64,000 nt of DNA, taken from positions 3,767,957 through 3,831,956 of the forward strand of contig CM082591.2 of NCBI GenBank assembly GCA_040954595.2, given 5' to 3'. Under the pieces are notes generated by a model. The model was not told the DNA's origin. It did no database searches and saw nothing but the letters and a program-made list of their open reading frames with translations. Shown here piece after piece: positions 10,501-22,590 of the stretch (within the stretch, counting starts at the first letter, position 1; every line of letters begins with the position of its first letter). This stretch comes from Balanoglossus misakiensis. Its lineage: Eukaryota > Animalia > Hemichordata. The position numbers and the translations under genes were made by a program.

Positions 10501-13500
10501 TCCTACTTTTTATGGCTGCTCATTGACCTGGTCGTAAAAATACCTTTAAACCATTAACACCTGGCCTTAAAGTCAACTACAGAATGAGCAAACCAACAGG
10601 CTAGCTCTGCCATGATTCCTTGACATTTATACATACTACATGTACCCGTAGTACAGGGGAAATGATTCTCATTGGACACTGAGAGCCTACCTTGAAAGAT
10701 GAAGAATGTCTCCACAGATTGAGACATGTCAACCTGAGAGTACCATTCAGCAGAATCTGTAAAAGACAGAGAAATTAACATTAATTAATATTTATTATGC
10801 ATGATGAAAATTAAAATTGTAGGATGTGAAAATGAATGAGAGGCAACCATCATCTATGTACCTGAAATATGTGGGTGGTATGTGGTATATGACCCGAAAG
10901 TTTGCATGTGTAGTTTGGACCGCACTTGTGATAAGGATCAGAGATTAGATACGGAACAGTTTCATTGAATACAACATGAACGGCAAGAATTGAGGGACCA
11001 TGAGGCTGGACCAGATAATACGTACAGCGCCCCCAAGAGATGGAGTTTTCAGTCTGGACCCCATATTACTTCAAACAGCAGTCATGAGATTCAACTACAT
11101 GTATCTCCTCTCAAACAGATAGGACACAGTGACTTCCAACCTCATTGTAAACAACAGGTCGAACCACTGCATACGAACCACTGCATTACTATGACAAATA
11201 TGAATATTTAATAATGGTCACACCGGTACAGTGTATTGGAGATTACTTCGAACAGAGCGTTGCTTCATTAACAGAAATCAGAAATCATGACCATCTGACA
11301 AGCATGCCTATATGCAGACACCAAATCATGTTCTAGAATTTCCCCAGGCCTTCATTGCACGTGTACGAATACAACCGTTACACACGCAAGGATAAAAAAA
11401 ACCACACCACGTGTGCATGCCCAGATAATTCCCTCCCCATTCAAGTTCTCAGTATCTGCTCGTACCGGTAGTACCAGTGAAGCCAACAAAAGAAAAAAAT
11501 AACTGGCTATCAATGACATCCGTGTACACGAGATAAGCAAAGCTCTGGACAGTTATGGCACACCTTGTCCAAACATCACAAGCTGGCTGGCTGATTGTTT
11601 GGTTTCGCTTGGGCTGTGTATAACCTTAATAAATCAATTCTGCTTGATGGCCACGCGTAAACTGAGATATATAATCATGAAACAGATCAGAATGAAAATC
11701 TGATTCACCGAATTGCGGCAGTCTATAGTTGTGCCAGTTAACTTTGATGGCTAAAAATGATAAATGGGTGTTTGAGCCCACTAACTACAGCCCCAGATCG
11801 GGCCAGCAATAAGGCAGTCAACACACAGAATGACTGAACCACGGTCGCCGCCATAAATCATGCTCTTTGCAACCGACGGTTACGTTGAGTGCCTCCTGTC
11901 AGCTCTCTGTAGCAGACGTGGCTGATTAAAAAATGGGATTTCCCCACCCAGACACATGCCACATTTGGTACAACCCCATTGATTTCACTTGGATGGTTGA
12001 AACCATTATACACAGACAGGGGGTGTATAACATGGCAACATATGTAACTGTTGACAATGATATAAATTGCTAGTATACAATGGACAATAGTCAATAACAT
12101 ATAAATTAGAAATATATTGATGTGCATCACCAGGACTTTTTATTCAATAGTCTTAACGACGCATTGATCGCGGCAAATCAAATATTTCAGCTTTATAATG
12201 ATCTGTTTGTGATGCTTCTATTATTTGAAGGGGGAGGGGAGGGGGAGCATAAATTTTACTCCCCGTAATAAAGGATAGAGTTGTCTTTTCACACAAAAGT
12301 TCATTGACGTACACACCTCTGTAGTAAAACGGCGCGAAACTAATCCAGACTGGTGTAATGTACTGGACCAACCACAGCCTGATAAGCTGACGAAACCTAA
12401 ACTAATCAAGATAATATCACTATTTGTCTGTTTCTGTTGACCTACTGAGTATGGTATTAAGGATGCACATGCCCTATACTACAAGCATGTGGACTTGGTC
12501 TATTTCCATAGATTAGCTAGAAAACCAATTTCTACAATTGCCAAGGTCATGTTTTACACATACATGTAACTCACTCAAAAACAAGTTTGGGGGTGAAGGT
12601 GGGTCTGGGTTCGACTCAACTGACTTTTTCAGATATTTTAGCAGGACAATGTTTCTGGGGACAACTGGCATGTTAAACAAGGACAGTACAGTTATTGTGT
12701 GCCCAGACAAAGGTCTGAACTCATCAAACCGAACGCCCAAGATTTAACCATTTATTGTTCGACACTGACAGGGCCTATTGTTGCGAACAGAATCGGCATT
12801 GTTGAACACAGAATAAAGACAGCAATGTTCGGGGTTTTCAATGAGGCAATTGTGTGCGGCGGTCGGAGACATGCCGAGGGGACGGTGCGACCGGAAGACA
12901 ATAAACCTGCAGGTGCTCAAGGAGGACGATTGTGGAATGGTGATTCCACAGGTACATGGACCGACCGGAATATTGGTGTTTTGTTCTATGGCTGGAAATC
13001 ATACAAGTTTCAGGTCTTCCGATACTAATCCGGAAACCCATGATATAGAAATGAAACACATAGTGGAAAGATACTGGTATATGCTGATTGATTGATAGAT
13101 GGATAGATTGATTGATTGATTGATTTATAGATGGATGGATAGATTGATTGACATGATCGATCTGATAACTCTGCAGGAATTGATGGGAAATGTCTGCAGG
13201 GTCCAAGCTGTGCAGAGTTGACCCCCACAGTTGGATACATCCAAGCTGAACAGAATCCCTCAGACAGCGAACAATCAATTGAGAACCATTGTTTGCTATT
13301 GTCACGCCTCGCCCTTTGTGAGAACGCTTTTAATTCTAAGGTTGAGCGACTAACATGAAATATACGTCAAAAACAACGTTCGATTCTTCTGAGTACCCCT
13401 CTGGGGAAACCACTCAGAGACTTAATGAACACATAATCATCTTTTGTCTGCGAACACACCTTTTACATTGTCGCCTCCCCCCTTCTAAATGACATCATCA

Positions 13501-16500
13501 CCAAAATATTTCAACTCACGTTGTTTCCACGGCAACATAACAAGCAATGTATCCCTATTGTTTGTATCGGAACAGCATTGTATTGTATTGTGTCTGGCGA
13601 TCTTACTTTACATACACTGACGATATTTTCTGCTCGCATCACAAAAGGAGCGACTCCCACGCACCTGCAGTTTCTAAAAACAATCACAACGTGGATGTTC
13701 ATGTCTCTCTCACCTTGGTGACTTGAATAACAGCGTTCTATTAACACGTACCGAATCAGAAACTGTTTTGACTTTGTCTACTAAAGGTTAGTATCTTTTT
13801 CGTCATCTTTTTATGCCATTTTTACAGGTTTTATTTACACTATCGAAGTGCCTTAAAATTTTATCAAGCAAATATTTACACTTCAGCTAAAATCTGATCA
13901 CCAGGGGAGTCATCAGTTATTTAAGTATATCAATACTCTTATTTTTCTATTAAATCTAAATATTACAATAAATTCAGTATTGTAATCAAGATTTTAAAAA
14001 TTTAACAACTGTGAACTACAGATTACCACATTTTTAAACAATTATAAAATTGTAATTATGTTTATGAAAGATGGGTTATTCGTGCTGGCAACTGAGGTTA
14101 CTGCCGATACTAATTTGATACTTTCACATATAAAATATGTTCACAGCCATTGTATAGAAGCGAAATTGAACGGGATAATAGGCAGAGAGTCTGATACATG
14201 CATGCACCGACCGGCACAGGTGAATTTCACAATAAGATCATAGAAAGCATGACAATGATAGCAGAGGGGTCAAGGATTGGTGTATTCAATTCAAACACAG
14301 AGTTTCTGTACATGTACAGGAATACTGAGGTAGTCTGTCTGAACTCAGAATTATTTTTGTAAGATGACACACACTTAGCGTTATATTTATCTATCAGTGT
14401 AGCATGATTTTTGTGCTCAGGCACATGTCGTTTGCCTGCTGGGAAGAAAATATTTTTGATGATGTTAGATGTGTTGATTGCTGCCGATGGTTTTTGCGTC
14501 CTATTTTCTTGTGCAATCTTGGAGATATTTTGAGGCAGTGTAACCATGTCATTCACGGATGCTTGGTATCCTTTTTGACAAATTCTACAATGATGAAGCT
14601 AATTTAACCTGCCGACATCCCAAAAGTACTTCGGTCCTGTTCATTTGGGTGGTGTGGACGGACTGACATACCAGCAGTGTAGGGGTGGAGGGATTAAACT
14701 GAGGTGCGAATGTGATGAAGTCTTCCGGAAGGTAGGTCAACAGATCTACAGAATCTACATCACACAAGTGACACAGTGTTTGTACTTTTCCTCGTAACTC
14801 GTGAGAACATTTTTATTATTATATTATGCTCCTACTGCCGTAGTATGGCGTTCTATCGTACAATACGTTCTCGTATTTGTATACCATGCAGCGTTCCAAT
14901 ACGGCTGATGGGTACACACGTTTGTCTCCGTGACTACATATGTTGGTGTCTGTGACTGCCCGTGTACCAAGTGACATTTGCACGATTTTGTAACAATTAT
15001 ATGAAGTACTTATATTTTTCATTATTACAGTCCTACTGTCGTAACCTATGGCTTTCCACCGAACAATACGTTCTTGTATTTGTACTGTATGCAGACTTCC
15101 AATACGGTTGATGTGTACGTATGTGTCCGCAAGTGCCTACGAAAAGTCGTGACGTGTTCTCATCTGTTTCTATGGCTATTCTCATCACAAAATTTTACAT
15201 AAAATTGTGAAATTGTATAAACTAAGCCACTGCACTTTCCCAGCTGAGGGGCTCAGTTAGGAGGCCATTGACTATAGCCAGCAAGGCGGACATGAGACTT
15301 GGGGGAGGGGATGTGTACGGCCCCCTATGCCAGGGGACGTGAGAGAACCATAGAGGGATATGTTGGCCCCCTATGTTGGAGAGCATGATTCTGATGTCCT
15401 GGGAGTCTCAGGTATGATGGGTGTGTCCTAAAGAGGCTCTGAATGAATGAAACTCAGTTCGAATTGTGTGAACAAGTCAGATGCATTCAGATGTGCCTCT
15501 AACATAATGACTTACAGAAAATGGGTGTGTGGAAATAGAAATTCCAATCCCACTGCCCACACTTGCTATTTCTGTCATCTCATTTGTCGAGGTTCTTTCC
15601 AGAAACCTGTTCCTGCATTTAGTTGTCTAGAATCCATCCTGCATTTTCTTGTCTGGGACCATTATTTTTTTGCCCTGAAAATCTGCCGCTGAGACGCATA
15701 CCACCTTAAGATGGAATAGATGACGTTGAGCGTACTTTAACATTAACTTCTGCGCTGTTTACATTTGATGGGGGCTTTCAAAAGATCATTTCCTGTGCAC
15801 AACAATGAACAATGACAGCAACTGGTACGGTGAGAGCCCTCCTCCAGTGTACAGGTGGTGTAAAGGACCCATAAATCAGCTACTTATCGCGCGTAAAATT
15901 CTTACAGAAAAAACCAACAAATTTTGTCGTACTTCTAAATTTCATCCAAAATGGATCCAAATTTTGGCAAGTCATTGCACAAGTCAGCTGTCGGAATCAA
16001 GTCACACCAAAATCGGACTTTAATTTTCACTTAATTTTGACAAAATAACGAGACACAAACATCAGAGGTTGCCTGCTCTGTTAAACATTAAACCGACTTA
16101 AACAAGGTTTTTTATTTATGGCACACAATGGCTCCTGCGCCCATTGATGAAGGCATTTTTGCGTAAATGTTTTTCCCCCGTCAGACGAACGGTGAGTGCT
16201 TCCACTTGTTGTTAAATCGCTAAGTGTATTTTTCTAATTTTAGACAAATGAGTAATGAAATAGTAACAACACGTCCTCTCGGCGAGTTCCCATTCACATG
16301 AATAACTGGCGGTAATTACACCAGCGCCTCGCAAATAACACATCATTATAGATATCTCACGGTAGTTAATTGTTATCAAAGATATGTGTTAAACTGACAG
16401 AATCAAAATTCAGAAGCACTACGTATTAATTAGCGGACAGAACTGGGTAACTGAAATATTTACTATGTGAATATAGTACAGCCGGATTTTTATGATGACA

Positions 16501-19500
16501 CAGTGATGTGTAAGCGATGCGCTGGCACAAATAAGTGGGAGTTGGTGTTTTCAGACTAATGTACACCTAGAATACAGATGAAGGGTCATTCAAGGTTTGG
16601 CAGAAGAGCCATTCTGGTTGAGAACATCTGCCCCTCGCGTTTTTGACCGCAATTTTGCTTACGAAAGGCCATCATACACTTTTGTTTGCCTCTGACAAAT
16701 GCTGCTTTGTAGTGACAGAGCAATCCTGTTCGTAGTTTTCGGCAAATTTCGACTTGGCATGGAAGTATTTACAGAAGCAGGACTATTCTTCGTTTGAAAC
16801 AAGGAAACAAATGAAAGTAAAATTCACTTTTTGCGCCGAAAGCATAAACGCCCCCCTAGTGGTGGATGAAGTGATAATAATTCAGTTCCCCCCCCCCCCC
16901 CTCTCTCCGAATGTAAGTTTTTCTGCACTTTACTTGAGTCAAAAATATTCATGAAACATCAGAGTTTTCATGCAAATGTGAAGATAGCGACAACAACAGA
17001 CTTGGCAAGGTCACAAAAACAGTGGCGTGAGCCGACCGAATGACCAGACTCGCGATACGCATCTCTGGCCTTTGATCTGCATTGAAATATCCGGTAATCA
17101 GCCGCCGACATCGCATAATCGCTTGTTCCGACCTAAACCAACATGGAAACAACACCATACCGGAGTTGCAAGGCTCCGCTGCGAACAGACAGCCTGACAA
17201 ATGCTTTACAATCTAAACCGACGTTAATTATTAAACAAAATTTATCAAGATGTGGCCAGTTAAAAGGGTTTACCTGTCTTAAGCCCTCTAGAGTAGGGCC
17301 ATCCGAATTAATTTCTATGTTACACATTAATAAAGCGTAGATGTTGCTGCATATCTGCACATTGTGCAAACATCATAAATATTGAAAAAATCTATCTTCA
17401 GAATCAAATTTTGATTAAACCACTCTTCCCTTGGGTAAAAACTAAACCTTCCCTGGGATTACCGGGTAAATGATTTAATCTGGCTCTAACAGTTTTCTAT
17501 CCATTTGTCGAAAAATGACTGAACAGTATATCAACATGAGCATGATATACAAGCACTTCAGCAAGCCCAATGATCTGACACACAAAAAGTGCAGGACACA
17601 TTGTCAGACATATGTCGTTACATTCTGATAGCATTTCAACTATTTCAAAATATGTCTGTTAACATAAATGCTCTATGACATTCTCAAAACTTTAAAGGTG
17701 ATAAAACGGCTGACATTAAAATTGCAGTCAAAATGCCAGCACACAGAAGAGTAACATTTGATACGACAATAATACTGCTAACATCTCATGAAAAATTCAT
17801 AATTACATAAAAAAATGTATCATTATAAAATGACTATAAACAGTGCCAAGCTAGGTAAACTGAAGATCGAATATCTCCATGTATGTTGGGAAGCATGCAA
17901 AATTGAGACATTTGGCAACGTGCCTTGTAAAGCAGAACCATACAACGTAAGTATTGATTTGCATGGCCTCACTTGTGAATGATATTCTTTATTTGGAGAA
18001 TGACCCTTTGTTTACCCTTGTCTTGCGCGGGATTGGCCGGCTGAGGACAATATTTCACTGTTAAGCCTCGCAACACTGTAAAAAAATTGTGCCAACCACA
18101 GCGGTCGTTGAATACTAAATCCTTGACCTAAATTTCATTTCTGACAAGTGAAATGCCCCCTTTTCACGATTACACACCCCTCGCAATCTTGTTTCTGTTT
18201 TCTAATGGAAGAACATTTGTCTAGAGTGTAAATTCTTTTCATCGTTCTAACTCCGTATTCAGGCAAATTTTCCTCTCCCAATATGATGTACCAGCTATGG
18301 AATGCCACCGTAATGAAAGCAAAAATAAATGCAGCATGCAAATTTGAAATCTCTGGTGCTTTGAAAATATGCCAGTCACCCTTTTTAACGGCTTGAGATA
18401 TATAAAAATAAAAATATACGTCCCTCTAAACCGGGAACTCAAACACACTCCGCAATTAATATTTAAATATGTGATAATTCTTTTCTAGTGGTACTATAAA
18501 TTTTAATTGAAAGGCCCATGAAAGCCTGGTTTTAATACTCCTATACATTACTAAGGCTACAGGTACTAATATTTCTATTGATGTTTAGCTTTTATGTGAA
18601 GTTCCTAGCATGTGATATGATTTAGTTATGAGGCTTCAATAGGAATCAGCTCGCAAAGAAAAAGATCCGTGTGGATTAGGATGTTCTAATGTTACATTTA
18701 TGTTAAGCTTCGAGTCTCTAAAATTGAAGACTTGGAAGAAATGTTTAGACGTGACTATATTTTTGGAAGGGGATAATCACGGCTTTTTCGTCAAGTTTTG
18801 GAGGGACTTTGTAATCATAGTTTTAGAGTTGGTATGCTGATTTGTGTATGTGTGTGGTCAGTGTGTGTATATATATGGTACTTGCTGACTTGCTGACTTC
18901 AATTGCTAGTCGTGGCTTCCAGAATAACATCTCAAAGTTCTAGACAGGGATAATAAAGGAATGAAATTCAGGAATTAAATCAAGGAATGAAATTCACAAA
19001 GCCGCTATCTGCAATGTCCTGTACCAGGGGCCCATCTCAAGTTCACGGGTCACTGATACTTTTCGCGAAGTTTGTAGATAGTAAATTTACGACATGGAGC
19101 ATCTCGAACTGGAAGTTAAGAGATAAACATTTCACCCTTGTATTTGTGTGACAAATGTGAAAGTTCAAAGAGCTGGCTTAAAGTTTACAGCAGGGTGTAT
19201 GTTCCAGGCAGTTTGATGGTGCTCCTGAGGACAACTGAATAACAACTAGACACTAAGTCTTATAATTCTAACTTGCTCATAATCTCCACAAAAAGTGCAT
19301 AAATCTGATATAAAAAGTTTGCACGGTGACCCCAAATTTTCATTCTCATTTTTAAGACAGAATACTCAAAGTTGTTCTTAGCAAAATATGAGAAAAGCTT
19401 CAACTTCAAGACTTTCATTTTCAAGGCACACAATTGTGGTAATTGTGTGATGTGATAATGCATTGATAAATTTCATCTTCATTTTGTAAATTGGAACACT

Positions 19501-21932
19501 AGGCTTTGATTTCCAGGCTCTTGGCAACACAGGGACCCGCCACACAATTGACAAATGAATTCATCCATTAGAGTTTATCGATCATAGATAAAATTACATC
19601 TCCTCAGAGGATTGACCTGCTTAGTAAAGGGGAACCCCGGCATGAAGGTTATCTGCGCGTCTGATCATTATAATAGGTTGATATCTATGTACAGACATCC
19701 CTAAAGTGTACACTAATGGATTAGTCTAGGTGGAACTTAGGTGGGATTTTACCACGTGCCGTGCATTTTTAGGGGTGGAGGGTTACCTGGAAGGGTCACT
19801 ATTAAAGTATGTAGACAAGTCAGGTTGACTAATATCAAACTCATGGATACTGAATTTGAAAATAAGACACACATTTTCTAAATAAATATGAGAGTGAACT
19901 AATACCCATGTGCCTGACAGATTGTCTTGACATGTGTAGAGTCAGATAACTTCAAATAATGACACTCATTAATTCAGAACTGATACTATGCATGTTGAAA
20001 CAAACAATGTGAGAAAAGCCAACTGCACAATTAGAAACATGTTAAGACTGGCTTGTTTTAAATTTATGAAAGGCCTTTTATTCTGCCTACTCTACTGAAC
20101 ACTTAAACTAAGAGAGTGAAACATAAAGAATTTGAATTATATAATTGTTTATAAGTCCTGTTCGTGAGATAAAATATTGACTGGAATGAATGAATCCAAG
20201 TGGCTGTCAATTTTTTTGTCTGGCATCCAAGTAGATCTTTTAGTTTTACAGCTCACTCTCCAACAGTCAGCTTTCTCAGGCAATTTGACGCAATAATGAC
20301 GTAAAAGTTCTCCACAGTGCAGGGAAATTTTTCTACTGACAGGTATAGATAATAGGGCTGAATTAAAAATACTTCAATTCTTAAAAGTGACTCAGATATA
20401 TTTTAGAATATCAAACACCAGATTTAACGAACTCTAAGTTGTCATTTAGTTATAACCAACTGCTGATTGTGAGGTCATGCCACAAAACTTTCCCTAAATA
20501 GACAGGAATGCTGATAGAGTACTTTCTAATTGTGATTATGTGAATTTAATATGACTAACGCACATTGCTAACAATTACGAAGAAGGCGATCTCATGTGAT
20601 CACTGTTGGTTCATCGCCGAGTCATTAACTTTTCACATATCAAAGGAAATGTCATAATCTCTCAAAATAAACTTGATGATAAAATTCTGCATCACTGGTG
20701 GACACAGTCTCCTGTGAACTTTGATGGGGATACGAGAAACAAGAGAGCCTGAGACAGTCTTCACGCACACATCTGTTGCTGCATTCTTTTCTGATATCAT
20801 TTTCATACAACACTGCCTGGCTTTGTCAGATGACATTTCCAAGTCACTCTCCTGACCGGTGATATCTTCTGGTATTGTGGGCCAAATTGCTGCGTCTTGC
20901 AAAGGAATTTGTTGAGATCTGGCATCTCTGGGAACTGACCTTAACTTACTAGCTGAAAAACTGACAAGAAATGTTATCTGATAACAACTACAAATTTTAC
21001 CACAAGGCCACGCCCGATTACATTTCATTTGTATAGATGTCGAAATGCTGCTATAGGCTGCCTAAAAAAAGAAAAGTACATTTGTAAATAGTATATTATT
21101 CTCCAATCTTGATAAAGACTTTAACTAATCCATCACTGTCACTGACTATTTATACTATGATCATTATTTCAGTTGATATTTATAATGAAATATGTCAGTT
21201 TATTTCAATAAGGACATAATCGTATGAAATGAAGTACGTCTCAGCCATAATCGTATGAAATGAAGTATGTCTCAGCCATTATCATATGAAATGAAGTACG
21301 TCTCAGCCAATCAGAATCGGCCATTTGAGACACACCCCTGCCCATCCCCCAGTCTGAAGAACCATAACATTACGTAATACTTCCGGTAAGTAGGTTTGTA
21401 GCAATCTCAAGCCAGAGCGGAGTGATTAGTGCAGTGAATTGTACACTATTTTGCTTAATCGTGGCGATACAGTGTTGTACACGCAATGATGCATCGATCG
21501 CCACCTACGCGATCGCGACTCTGTGCAATACTGACCTATATAAAGGTACTTGTGTACTTCATAAGGGAAATGCGATCAGCAGGCCGAACGAGGTCAGCGG
21601 TCATTTGAACTCAGAGTGTGGCTAACGCAGGGTCCCGAAATATATGCAAAGCCCAGAGACCAAGTTAATGATAGTTATATTGCAAACTAAAACTCGCGTC
21701 TCGTGACTGGACTTGTCTCAATATTAGCAATAGACACATCTGAAACAGAATCGCCATAACCAGCCCAGTAAACATTCAACTAGATTTCTACAAACGTCAC
21801 CCTAAATAACAGCACATACGTAAATGCATGTAAGATCGACGCGAAGCTCGAATATTCGCGCGATCTTTAAATATCGTTACAAACCTGCTTAGACGGTCTG
21901 AGTAGTTGATTAGTTAGTCTGACGGCCGCCAT
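7592..21932 (-). CDS. BCAT: Branched-chain amino acid aminotransferase paralogue B, canonical, probably mitochondrial (397 aa), spliced
   Basis: Minus-strand exons 21885-21932 ([16 protein letters not shown]), 10691-10756, 10157-10357, 9841-9951, 9584-9703, 9200-9360, 8742-8884, 8407-8492, 8242-8310, 7894-8040, 7592-7633 (TAG). All are GT-AG and in phase, totalling 1194 nt. Motifs: [75 protein letters not shown] (intact CXXC). Confidence 0.94.
8135..8230. repeat. Degenerate (TATG)/(TG) microsatellite
   Basis: Directly visible. Confidence 0.8.
8976..9175. mobile_element. Tc1/mariner-pogo-type MITE in a BCAT-B intron
   Basis: TA|CAGTC...ACTG|TA ends; shares CAGTCAAAC and ATAGCAGA(A/G)ACTTGTCTATAGTGGCCACTT with an inverted copy near 28554-28615. 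Confidence 0.6.
9988..10146. repeat. Compound tetranucleotide microsatellite (GAAT)n, (TAAA)n, (AAAC)n filling a BCAT-B intron
   Basis: Directly visible. Confidence 0.95.
13085..13152. repeat. (GATT/GATA/GATG)n microsatellite
   Basis: Directly visible. Confidence 0.9.
14823..15120. repeat. Diverged direct repeat of about 100 bp with a period of about 200 bp
   Basis: TCCTACTG(C/T)CGTA...TATGGC...ACAATACGTTCT(C/T)GTATTTGTA...ATGCAG...TTCCAATACGG(C/T)TGATG occurs at about 14830 and about 15030. Confidence 0.85.
21215..21307. repeat. 31-bp minisatellite, 3 copies
   Basis: CATAATCGTATGAAATGAAGTACGTCTCAGC units start at 21215, 21246 and 21277. Confidence 0.95.
21885..21932 (-). CDS. BCAT: Putative first coding exon of BCAT-B (start of mitochondrial targeting peptide)
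   Basis: aagATGGCGGCC start context; 16 codons, basic and free of acidic residues; phase-0 donor CAG|gtttgt matches the phase-0 acceptor at 10756; implies an intron of about 11.1 kb. Confidence 0.72.
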
Positions 21933-22590
21933 CTTGGAAATTAAATGTTGCTGTGAGCGACACGGTGCATGCTGGGAAAGGGTATATAAGGCCAGCTGCA
22001 CTTCTTTTAAATAATTATTTAAAGAATACTGATATTTTTGAGAACAATTATCATTAATTGAATTAAAAATTTATATGGGTTATCTTTTGGCCGTATCTGA
22101 CCCGAATGTACGAAGTAAATAAGTTCATAAGTTTACCGTGTGTGCACACAGGAAGAAAATATTCAAGATGGCTACTCGTGTTGTATGTTGGCGTATTGTT
22201 GTTCTTAATATATTGTAATAGGCCTCCGTTCCGTTCGAAAAAACTGTACGTCTGTGTGAAGGGCATGCCAAGCTGACTTCTGCTGACAGTTTACCAATTC
22301 GCCTGGGATTTTATTGTTGAATGACAAGGGCTGCCTTGGTTGCGAAGTCGTGTAAAAAGCAAGGAGGTTGTAATCGGGGGAAGTCATCGCGGCGGCGCGG
22401 CATCGGGAGTCAGAAAGGAATTGAGATACAAAAGGTATTGTTTGGGCTATTGTTCGCTGCTTTTGTTGTGGTCTGCTTACAGTGGCATGTACACAATTGA
22501 GCTGTTTTTAGACAACAGCGCGGCAGGATACTGTACGGTGCGACTCAGGACACGCAAATCTGGCATTTTTTGGCACCGTTTCACCGGTAA
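21925..22590. promoter_or_regulatory. Putative bidirectional promoter (BCAT-B leftward, SoxD rightward) with a putative non-coding SoxD exon 1 ending at 22586
   Basis: YY1-type AAGATGGCGGC over the BCAT-B ATG; ZNF143/Staf-type TGCATGCTGGGAAA at 21966-21979; TATATA at 21983; CpG-richer stretch near 22390; plus-strand consensus donor CCG|GTAAGT at 22586/22587. Confidence 0.55.

Noticed and set aside
11738-11854. ATGGCGGCG start on the minus strand as BCAT-B exon 1
   Set aside because: Frame reaches a stop (TAA) before any convincing donor; the 21885-21932 exon fits better
21215-21307. CRISPR-like repeat array
   Set aside because: Head-to-tail 31-bp units with no spacers, in a eukaryotic intron; a minisatellite
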